Assembly (NCBI RefSeq): GCF_000621645.1
Contig: NZ_KK211323.1
Location: forward strand, 62,723-94,722
DNA: 32,000 nucleotides
Reading direction: 5' to 3'
Source of the DNA: Vibrio cholerae ATCC 14035
GTDB lineage: Bacteria; Pseudomonadota; Gammaproteobacteria; Enterobacterales; Vibrionaceae
Part shown: positions 1 to 7,899 of the stretch, in pieces
Position numbering within the stretch: the first letter of the stretch is position 1
Layout of the letters: the number at the start of each line of letters is the position of its first letter
Position numbers and translations under genes: made by a program
The notes under the pieces: model-generated
Told to the model about the DNA's origin: nothing
Databases searched by the model: none
The model's input: only the letters and a program-made list of their open reading frames with translations

Positions 1-842
<842 letters not shown>

Positions 843-858
843 GCCTATTCACTTAATA

Positions 859-966
859 TTTGAAGCGGCAGTGGTGTTGGCGATGTGTGTTCACTCCAAC
901 ATCGCCTGCCTATGCTTATAGGGATGAATTTACTTGCAGCCTACCTACAATTCCAACTCTATTCGG
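859..966. repeat. ERIC/IRU-type intergenic imperfect palindrome (MITE-like), full-length copy 1
   Basis: It shares terminal arms (ttgaagcggcagtggtgttggc ... cttgcagcctacctacaattccaa) and a central core with the copies at 5532 and 8866. The family matches my recollection of the enterobacterial ERIC consensus (CGCTCACCCC ... GGGGATTCAC ... TTGCCGCC..CCTGCAAC). Confidence 0.75.
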
Positions 967-1033
967 TATGTTTCATGTTGGATCTGCTGCATTTTTTATA
1001 AATAGATTGAACTTCTTGCTCATCCCAAGTCTA

Positions 1034-1062
1034 AACCTCAGCCTGTGCTGGGGTTTATTTTT
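1034..1062 (+). terminator. Rho-independent terminator downstream of ligA
   Basis: Stem aacctcagc (1034-1042) pairs with gctggggtt (1047-1055), with one G-U pair. The loop is ctgt, followed by tttattttt. Confidence 0.6.
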
Positions 1063-1473
1063 GCTCAGAAACAACTCGCCAATTTGTATCAAGTTCAGGA
1101 CTTTTATTGTTTTTAAAAGTCATCCCTCATTTTGTTTTTATTCGACGCATTTCAAATAAAAGACATTAACCAAAAATAAAAATTTATATTTATCAGTTAT
1201 TTAAGTTTTCTCTGGCTTTGTGCTAGTAATAATTGGATCTCGATCACTTACTCCCCAGAAGTTTGTCGTGGCTCATATTTTTTTAGATAAAAATTAAGTT
1301 CTGATTGATGTTTTCTAACCGAGAGTTAGTCTACGGATATGGATACACGGTCAGTGTGCCAACAACTAAGAGAATCGGTTTCGATACTCGAAAAGGAAAT
1401 GACTTCTCCCTTCGGCGGCCAACTTAAGGGAGAAACTCAAAAAAACAGCTATATCCATTTTTAGGAGTTATCC

Positions 1474-2523
1474 ATGGACAAAATGTTTAAACGTACTCTT
1501 CTGGGTGCAGCAGTAGCGATGGCGTCAACTGGTGCGTTTGCCGCATCTGAAACTGGTGCAATCGGTGTTCTGTCTGATTTCAACGTACAAGCGTACGGTG
1601 TTGCAGCAATCTCTGCTTTCTATCAAGAAGATAGCAACGGTTATGACTACGAAAACGAATCTCGTATCGGTTTCCGTGCTAGCAAAGATATGTTTGATAA
1701 CGTAAACGTATTCATGCAGATCGAATCAGGTTACGTTGGTGAAGATGGTAAAGGCAGCACGCTTGGTGCTCGTGATACTTTCCTCGGCCTACAAGGCGAT
1801 TGGGGTAAAGTACGTTTCGGTCGTATGCTGACACCACTATATGAAATCGTTGACTGGCCATACTCTAACCCAGGTTTAGGTCGTGTATTCGACTGGGGTG
1901 GCGACGTTGCTGGTCACTATGATCGTAAAGGTGATATTGCGCGTTATGACTCTCCAGCTTTCGGTGGTCTGACGTTCAACATTTCTGCTGGTCGTGGTGA
2001 TGTGGGTACTAAAAGTTCTAACCACTTTGGTGCGGCTGCACACTACAATGCTGCGGATATCGTAACGTTCCATGTTGGTTATGAAAACAACTCTAACTTC
2101 AAGTATGACTACAAAACCAAAGATACAGCTGGTAAAGATGTCGATAATACATTCCTGACTGATGCAACAGCGTATATCGTAGGTTTTGAGTTGCCTCTAC
2201 CTGCTGGTTTTGGTTTAGCTGGTGCTTATAAGTACACTGAAGGTGCTTCTAAAACAGTGAAAGGTCAAGAAGGCGAGCAAGGCCAATACTCTCTGATTGG
2301 TCAATACTGGAATGGCCCATGGGGCTTTAAAGTAGGTTACGCTGCCAACCTTGAGTCTGAAGTGAACGGTGTTGAACAAAAAGATGATGATGAAGTATTG
2401 TCTGCACAGCTGATGTACGTGAAAAATGGTTTCGTACCATACATCCGTGTTGGCCAGCATGATGCTTATGATTCAGCCGACAAGAAAGGTTTCGTACGTG
2501 TAGGTCTGGAATACGGTTTCTAA
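1474..2523 (+). CDS. chiP: Outer-membrane chitoporin (Vibrio ChiP family, OmpC-like trimeric porin)
   Basis: Signal peptide MDKMFKRTLLGAAVAMASTGAFA. The C terminus is GLEYGF with a terminal Phe, as in beta-barrel outer-membrane proteins. Motifs NESRIGFR, ARDTFLG and LTPLYEIVDWPYSNPGLGRVFDWGG match remembered Vibrio chitoporin sequences. SD AGGAG lies 6 nt before the ATG. Position next to ligA agrees with V. cholerae VC0972 (from memory). Confidence 0.85.
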   Translation: MDKMFKRTLLGAAVAMASTGAFAASETGAIGVLSDFNVQAYGVAAISAFYQEDSNGYDYENESRIGFRASKDMFDNVNVFMQIESGYVGEDGKGSTLGARDTFLGLQGDWGKVRFGRMLTPLYEIVDWPYSNPGLGRVFDWGGDVAGHYDRKGDIARYDSPAFGGLTFNISAGRGDVGTKSSNHFGAAAHYNAADIVTFHVGYENNSNFKYDYKTKDTAGKDVDNTFLTDATAYIVGFELPLPAGFGLAGAYKYTEGASKTVKGQEGEQGQYSLIGQYWNGPWGFKVGYAANLESEVNGVEQKDDDEVLSAQLMYVKNGFVPYIRVGQHDAYDSADKKGFVRVGLEYGF

Positions 2524-2550
2524 TCAGACGAACCCTGCCTTTCTTTAATA

Positions 2551-2579
2551 AAAACGCCGGCCTTGTGCCGGTGTTTTTA
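2551..2579 (+). terminator. Rho-independent terminator of chiP
   Basis: Stem cgccggc (2555-2561) pairs with gccggtg (2567-2573). The loop is cttgt, followed by ttttt (2574-2578). Confidence 0.8.
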
Positions 2580-2599
2580 CTCCATAAACAAGGACATAA

Positions 2600-3415
2600 A
2601 TGATGAATTTATTTAAAACGACCATATTATTCTCAACCATCACCATGGCCGTTGGATGCAGTAATTTAGACAGTTCGAGTGTGTTCAATGATGTGGCGAA
2701 GAATGTCAAAGAAAGGCACAACTATGTTCAAGTTGTCGCGAAAGATATTACTCCTGACGCAAAAGCAATTGTAGGACCTGATATTGTAAAAGCAGAGTTA
2801 AGCTATGTCGGTAATTTCCCTAAAGCTGAAGGCGTTAATATTGAAAATTCATACGTTGATATGAACGTCACTTATTTTAAAAATTATGACCAATATGACA
2901 CTGTTGCTTATTCATCACAGAAGTTAAAAGTAGAAACATATCGTCCATTAGCTGAGACCTGTACCGAACATTGCACGACCTCGCAATGGTTTAAGTTCCC
3001 ATTATCTCAAGAATATATTCAGCAACTGAACTCGGATTCAGTTGTGTTTACGCTGTCCTCGTCAACAGACAAAAACCAAGTAGAATTCACGGTTCCTAAA
3101 GCGTATTTTTTAGCGGTTATTAATGAGGCGAAATTTGTCTTACAAGGGACAGATGTGGCACCTGTTGCTCCTATTGTTGCTGTTCAAGCGCAACCAACCG
3201 CATCCAAACCTAACGAAATGATCCAATATTTGTTTGGTGAAGCCAGTTCAGCAGAGCGCCAAGAATTTGCTAACTGGGCTTTTGCTAACCGTGCAGAGGT
3301 AGCCCAGCCTATGGTTACACAAAATAAGTTGGTCGAAATGATGGCTGATTGGTACAAAAAAGCCGATAAAGCCGAAAAAGCATCGATTCTCTCTTGGTTG
3401 ATTAGCCAAGAATAA
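2600..3415 (+). CDS. Putative lipoprotein of unknown function (possible YccT/DUF2057-like C-terminal motifs)
   Basis: 271-aa ORF with SD AAGGA 5 nt upstream. The N terminus MMNLFKTTILFSTITMAVGC has a lipobox-like AVG-C. The C terminus carries two copies of a motif (MIQYLFGEASSAERQEFANWA and MMADWYKKADKAEKASILSWL) that resembles the YccT tail as I remember it. No catalytic motif was recognised. Confidence 0.7.
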   Translation: MMNLFKTTILFSTITMAVGCSNLDSSSVFNDVAKNVKERHNYVQVVAKDITPDAKAIVGPDIVKAELSYVGNFPKAEGVNIENSYVDMNVTYFKNYDQYDTVAYSSQKLKVETYRPLAETCTEHCTTSQWFKFPLSQEYIQQLNSDSVVFTLSSSTDKNQVEFTVPKAYFLAVINEAKFVLQGTDVAPVAPIVAVQAQPTASKPNEMIQYLFGEASSAERQEFANWAFANRAEVAQPMVTQNKLVEMMADWYKKADKAEKASILSWLISQE

Positions 3416-3433
3416 TTGCATTTCTCGCTGGAT

Positions 3434-3468
3434 AGAGGCATGGTCTTTCCATGCCTCTGTGATTTTTT
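3434..3468 (+). terminator. Rho-independent terminator of the lipoprotein gene
   Basis: Perfect 10-bp stem agaggcatgg (3434-3443) pairs with ccatgcctct (3449-3458). The loop is tcttt, followed by gtga and tttttt (3463-3468). It lies inside the over-extended track ORF 3416-3895. Confidence 0.75.
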
Positions 3469-3475
3469 ATGTGTC

Positions 3476-3895
3476 ATGAATATTAGCCAGATTGCCAAAC
3501 TCACCTCGCTGACTGCCAAGTCGATTCGTCTATACGAAGAGAAAGGTCTCATCATCCCACCACTGCGCTCTGAAAGTGGTTATCGCACTTACACTCAGCA
3601 GCATGTGGATGATTTACTGCTCATCGCTCGCTGCCGGCGAGTCGGTTTTAGTTTGGATGAGTGTAAAGCCATGCTCACTCTTGCCAATGATCCAAACCGA
3701 ACGAGCGCAGCGGTGCGCGCGCGAGCGCAAGAAAAGTGGCAAGAAATCTCGAGAAAACTCTCCGAGCTCACCATGATTAAGCAGCAGCTAGAAGAGTGGA
3801 TTGCATCTTGTCCCGGAGATCAAGGCAGCGATTGCCCAATCATAGAACAGTTGAAGGGACATTGTTGTTCAAACAATAAAACTAAGACCCCGTAG
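3476..3895 (+). CDS. cueR: Cu(I)-responsive MerR-family transcriptional regulator CueR
   Basis: From the ATG at 3476, [43 protein letters not shown]...[15 protein letters not shown] aligns along its whole length with remembered E. coli CueR ([43 protein letters not shown]...CPGDDSADCPIIENL). This includes the two metal-binding Cys. The 20-codon upstream extension in the track overlaps a terminator. Confidence 0.88.
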   Translation: [139 protein letters not shown]

Positions 3896-3938
3896 GATCT
3901 TAGTTCCGACTTGAAGTTGCCTACAGAATGATAGACTT

Positions 3939-4388
3939 TTAGATAGGTTGGACGACTAAGATAATCCCATCCACAGCAACGACAGAAACACGGCTCCCAG
4001 CCGCAAGCTGCTGATCGCAGCGCGCTGTCCAAGCCGTATCACCCAGTGTTACTTGAAACTCTCCTGCTGGGGTATCTTGAGTTATCGGAATAATACGTCC
4101 GAGTAACTGTTTTTCTTTCTGGTTAAGGTCGCGTTCTGTATCTTGCTTTTTATCTCGGCTAAATTGACGTCGCCACCAAAGCCAAGTCGTGACCAGAGAA
4201 AAACTCGCAAAAGCCAGCCACTGCAGTTGCCAACCAAGAGGCATTACGGCCAGCAATACCCCAACTAATAGTGCTGATAGGCCAAGCCACAAAAAATAAC
4301 CTGCAGTGCCGAGTAGCTCAGCGGCTAATAGAAGTAGGCCCAAGGCCAACCAATGCCAGAAATTCAATTGTGAGAGTAGCTCTACCAC
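3939..4388 (-). CDS. ybbJ: NfeD-family membrane protein (YbbJ-like partner of the SPFH protein)
   Basis: VVELLSQLNFWHWLALGLLLLAAELLGTAGYFLWLGLSALLVG...WLWWRR... followed by a C-terminal OB-like part resembles E. coli YbbJ (about 150 aa). The proposed GTG start at 4388 lies just after the qmcA stop (4396-4398). The track's 189-aa version overlaps qmcA by about 110 nt and is unlikely. The exact start is uncertain. Confidence 0.75.
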   Translation of the reverse strand: MVELLSQLNFWHWLALGLLLLAAELLGTAGYFLWLGLSALLVGVLLAVMPLGWQLQWLAFASFSLVTTWLWWRRQFSRDKKQDTERDLNQKEKQLLGRIIPITQDTPAGEFQVTLGDTAWTARCDQQLAAGSRVSVVAVDGIILVVQPI

Positions 4389-4395
4389 GGGGCAC

Positions 4396-5316
4396 CTACT
4401 TAGTGGTTTGTGATGATTTAAACATTTCTGCAATTCCAGCGACAGAACCCATGAGGCCTGTTGCTTCAAGTGGCAGCATGATGATCTTACCATTCTCTGC
4501 TTGACCAATAGCTTTCAGCGCTTCGGTATAGCCTTGAGCAATAAAGTAATTGACCGCTTGCATATCACCTTTAGCGATGGCTTCTGAAACCATAGTGGTT
4601 GCCTTGGCTTCCGCTTCGGCGGCACGCTCACGTGCTTCAGCTTGTAAAATGGCGGCTTGTTTTTCCCCTTCAGCTTTCAATATTTCGGATTGTTTTTGAC
4701 CTTCCGCACGTAAGATTTGCGCTTGGCGTACCCCTTCTGCTTCAAGGACTTCCGCCCGTTTGTTACGTTCAGCTTTCATCTGAGCATTCATTGCAGCGGT
4801 CAAATCAGCAGGTGGCTGTACATCTTTAATTTCAATACGAGTCACTTTTACACCCCACGGGCTGGTGGCATGGTCAACAATTGACAGCAGCTTGGTATTA
4901 ATCATGTCACGTTGACTGAGCATCTCATCCAGCTCCATTGAACCTAATACGGTACGCATATTGGTGAGGGTGAGGTTACGGATAGCATGTTGCAGTTGGC
5001 TAACCTCATAAGCGGCTTTCGCTGCATCAATGACTTGTACAAAACAGACCGCATCAATCACAACATTCGCGTTGTCTTTGGAAATGACTTCCTGAGCTGG
5101 GATATCTAAAACTTGTTCCATCATATTGATTTTATGACCAACACGGTCAATAAAAGGGATGATTAGGTTGAGTCCGGGCTTGAGTGTTTGTGTGTAGCGC
5201 CCAAATCTTTCGACCGTCCAGTTATTACCTTGAGGCACGGTTTTTACTGCAGAGGAGATGAAAATAACCACAGCCAGTACGAGAACTGCGATAGTGATCA
5301 ATGAATCAATAGCCAT
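4396..5316 (-). CDS. qmcA: SPFH/band-7 (stomatin-like) membrane protein QmcA
   Basis: 306 aa with an N-terminal TM segment ([18 protein letters not shown]), an SPFH core ([31 protein letters not shown]...) and an Ala/Glu-rich coiled-coil tail. SD AAGGA lies 6 nt before the ATG. It forms an operon pair with the nfeD gene, as in E. coli qmcA-ybbJ. Confidence 0.88.
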   Translation of the reverse strand: MAIDSLITIAVLVLAVVIFISSAVKTVPQGNNWTVERFGRYTQTLKPGLNLIIPFIDRVGHKINMMEQVLDIPAQEVISKDNANVVIDAVCFVQVIDAAKAAYEVSQLQHAIRNLTLTNMRTVLGSMELDEMLSQRDMINTKLLSIVDHATSPWGVKVTRIEIKDVQPPADLTAAMNAQMKAERNKRAEVLEAEGVRQAQILRAEGQKQSEILKAEGEKQAAILQAEARERAAEAEAKATTMVSEAIAKGDMQAVNYFIAQGYTEALKAIGQAENGKIIMLPLEATGLMGSVAGIAEMFKSSQTTK

Positions 5317-5531
5317 GACGTATCCTTGTTTTTTAAAGTAATAGCTTGCTACTTGCCGTTAAAGCGATGAGCGAATATTTAGTCAGCTAAGAATGAGCGC
5401 CTCTTGCCTAAAAAAATAGCCGAAAACGTTCCCAATCAGTGACTTGTGACTAAGTTAACAGCAACTAATGCGATTTACTATCCTAGAGAAGGGTTAACAA
5501 TCAATTTTATAGCTGATGATTATACTTCCTG

Positions 5532-5643
5532 CTTGAAGCTGCAGTGGTGTTGGCAGCATTCGCTCACCCCAATCGCATAGTGTATCTATGCTGGAGGGGA
5601 TTCACTTATTTGCCGCCTACCTGCAACTTCAAGTCGTTTGAGG
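5532..5643. repeat. ERIC/IRU-type intergenic imperfect palindrome, full-length copy 2 (best match to consensus)
   Basis: cttgaagctgcagtggtgttggcagcattCGCTCACCCCaatcgcatagtgtatctatgctggaGGGGATTCACttatTTGCCGCCtaCCTGCAACttcaagtcgtttgagg. Capitalised blocks coincide with the ERIC consensus and ERIC1R/ERIC2 primer targets as I remember them. The terminal arms are inverted repeats. Confidence 0.85.
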
Positions 5644-5649
5644 ATATAA

Positions 5650-5677
5650 ATATGGCGCTCATATTAGAGCGCCATAT
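5650..5677 (-). terminator. Probable terminator hairpin downstream of ybbN
   Basis: Perfect 11-bp stem atatggcgctc (5650-5660) pairs with gagcgccatat (5667-5677), with loop atatta. On the minus strand it lies 70 nt after the ybbN stop and is followed by an A/T-rich tail (tttatat). The T-tract is weak. Confidence 0.5.
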
Positions 5678-5746
5678 GTCTTTTCCTATTTCAAGCAGCC
5701 GCCGTGTTGGCTGTATGCTTCACGTCGTGAATCGGCTGGACTTGGG

Positions 5747-6601
5747 TTAGTAAAGAAGTGAATAGAGTTTTTTACGATACTGATTCGCTAATGGATGACC
5801 TTGACCTAGGGCGGTTAGGATATCCATAAAGGTTTTTTTCATTTCACCATCTAAGGTGTTTAGATTTTTACTGAGCCAAGACCAGAGTAAGGAGAGGGCT
5901 TCCTCGTCGCGTTTGACATGGTGATATTGTTTGGCAAGCTCTATAGCAATATTGGGATTCTGCGGGTCACTATTCCACTCTTGCTCAAGAGCGATAATTT
6001 CTGGGCTATTCGCGGCTTGTTGATGTAATTCGAGTCTCGCGATCAGCGTTTTGTATTCACCTTGTTGGTATTCAAGTGGCATGTTGGCCAGCTCGGTTTG
6101 CGCCGCTTCTACTGCGCCGGTTTCTAGATAACAGCGAGCTAGAGTGAGTTTGACCTCACCTTTATTACGCCACTCATCACTCAATGTGCTGAGCAGAGAT
6201 AATGCTTCACTAAATTGCTCTTGCTCTGCAAGCTCGAATCCTTGGTACATGAGGCGCTCTTCATCGCTTGGCAAATGACGCTTAAGCATTTCCTCAACCG
6301 CTTCAATTGGCTGGGGGCCGCCTAATCCATCGACGGGTTTACCTTCAATAAACAGCGCAATGGTCGGAATCGCTTGGATCCCAAACTGCGCAGCAATCCC
6401 TTGTTCTTCTTGGCAATTTAAGCGTGCAAGAACAAAGGCTCCTTGATAACGTTCGGTGAGTTGTTCAATCGCGGGTAACAGCTCGGCACTCTCATGGCTT
6501 ATTGGAGCCCAAAAATAAAAAAGTACTGGTGAGAGGGTGGAGTGTTGGAGCACTTGGTGAAAGTTATGTTGAGAAACGTCAATAATCTTCGCTGCTTGCA
6601 T
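5747..6601 (-). CDS. ybbN: Thioredoxin-fold plus TPR chaperone YbbN/CnoX homologue (active-site Cys absent)
   Basis: From the ATG at 6601 (SD AAGGA 6 nt upstream) the protein is 284 aa, the same length as I remember for E. coli YbbN. It has an N-terminal Trx fold (VLFYFWAPISHESAELLPAIEQL...IPTIALFIEGKPVDG) and a C-terminal TPR-like half. The track start at 6667 adds 22 codons with no SD. Confidence 0.85.
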   Translation of the reverse strand: MQAAKIIDVSQHNFHQVLQHSTLSPVLFYFWAPISHESAELLPAIEQLTERYQGAFVLARLNCQEEQGIAAQFGIQAIPTIALFIEGKPVDGLGGPQPIEAVEEMLKRHLPSDEERLMYQGFELAEQEQFSEALSLLSTLSDEWRNKGEVKLTLARCYLETGAVEAAQTELANMPLEYQQGEYKTLIARLELHQQAANSPEIIALEQEWNSDPQNPNIAIELAKQYHHVKRDEEALSLLWSWLSKNLNTLDGEMKKTFMDILTALGQGHPLANQYRKKLYSLLY

Positions 6602-6772
6602 AGCAAATCCTTGGTTTGGATGGCACATCGCTGAATAAACTATGGGGATGAAGGCTTCAAAACTCAAGCCTAGGTAAGTTCCTTACTAGATAAAGTGATC
6701 GCGTGATGGGAGCGGTTCTCTTGTTTGAACTGAGTCGTCGAACAGTGATGCAAGAGGTTGATATATGCAGGA

Positions 6773-6807
6773 TTAAAACAAAATCACCACCCGAAGGTGG
6801 TGATTTT
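6773..6807 (-). terminator. Rho-independent terminator (minus strand) downstream of ybbO
   Basis: Perfect 12-bp stem aaaatcaccacc (6780-6791) pairs with ggtggtgatttt (6796-6807), with loop cgaa. On the minus strand it is followed by ttttgtttt. Confidence 0.8.
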
Positions 6808-7029
6808 GTGGCTCTTACGAGCGAGCAAGCAAAGGTGTTTAAAGCAGTATAAATAAGGTCAGCGCAACACCGACACCGATCCAATTCCATTGGTTTAATG
6901 TCATTTTTTGTCGAACCACATGCAACGCTTGATAGATATTGATGTTTTTACTCAATGTCTAGGAGTTAATCCAGTGAGCATTATGAAGTTTGCCGCGCAA
7001 TTGTTACCAAATAATGACAATTAAATAAT

Positions 7030-7857
7030 TTATGCGGCTTTAAATAATAATTTGTCTAGCCAGCGTGTGGGTAAAAGTCGCTTTAATACCGCAAAGACTT
7101 TGGTTGGCGTCGTAATGCGATAACGGATCTTCGGTTTGCGTGCTTCCAGAGCATGGCAAAGTGGTGCTAGACAAGCCTCTGGCGGTAAGACAAAGCGGTT
7201 GTTGGAGTGCGTTTTGCTCAAACGTTGCATTTGTTGTTGGTAGGCGAGGTGGTGAACACTTTGTTCGATGTTTACCCAGCGCTTAAAGGCGTGTAAGGCA
7301 TTGGCGCGAAATTGAGTTTCAATCGGACCAGGTTCAATCAAACTGATATGAATATCCGACCCTTGCAACTCCAGTCTTAAGGTATCCGTCCAGCCCTCGA
7401 TGGCAAACTTGGAAGCATTGTAAGCACCGCGGTATTTCATGGCGGCAAAGCCAAGTACAGAGCTGTTTTGAATAATGCGTCCGTAACCTTGACGACGAAA
7501 GTGAGGAAGCAAGCGGGTCGTCAGATGATGCCAGCCAAAAAAATTGGCTTCGAACTGTTCGCGCATAGCTTGTACGGGTAAGTCTTCCAAAGCGCCCGGT
7601 TGGCCATAAGCTCCGTTATTAAACAGTGCATAAAGCCGATGGTTGGAAAGTTCTAGCGCTTGCTCTACCGCTTGGTTGATGCTGGCTTCACAGGTGAGAT
7701 CCAGTTGAATGCAGGTCAAACTCTCTTGGGATAGGCGCGCAACATCTTGTGCATCACGACATGATGCTATCACCTGATAACCCCGTAACTGCAATTGTTT
7801 CGCCGCCATGTAACCAATGCCGCTTGAGCAGCCAGTAATGAAAATCGATTTGGTCAT
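7030..7857 (-). CDS. ybbO: Short-chain dehydrogenase/reductase, YbbO orthologue
   Basis: Has ITGCSSGIG (TGxxxGxG), NNAG-like FNNGAY and catalytic YNASK. The whole length, including the tail KPKIRYRIT...VLKRLLPTRWLDKLL, parallels remembered E. coli YbbO. SD AGGA lies 5 nt before the ATG. Confidence 0.85.
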   Translation of the reverse strand: MTKSIFITGCSSGIGYMAAKQLQLRGYQVIASCRDAQDVARLSQESLTCIQLDLTCEASINQAVEQALELSNHRLYALFNNGAYGQPGALEDLPVQAMREQFEANFFGWHHLTTRLLPHFRRQGYGRIIQNSSVLGFAAMKYRGAYNASKFAIEGWTDTLRLELQGSDIHISLIEPGPIETQFRANALHAFKRWVNIEQSVHHLAYQQQMQRLSKTHSNNRFVLPPEACLAPLCHALEARKPKIRYRITTPTKVFAVLKRLLPTRWLDKLLFKAA

Positions 7858-7899
7858 CGCAATCCTATTATGTATGCGTTTGCTTGTGTCCGTTATGGC

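Noticed and set aside
860-1159. 99-aa plus-strand ORF after ligA, and the similar 68-aa ORF at 5544-5750.
   Set aside because: Both begin inside ERIC repeats and read through intergenic AT-rich DNA. The shared peptide similarity is simply the repeat being translated. They have no SD and odd composition.
3909-3921. acttgaagttgcc between cueR and ybbJ, identical to the first 13 nt of ERIC copy 3 (from 8865), as a seventh ERIC remnant.
   Set aside because: Only 13 nt are shared, with no core or right arm. It is probably a relic terminus but is too short to call as a feature.
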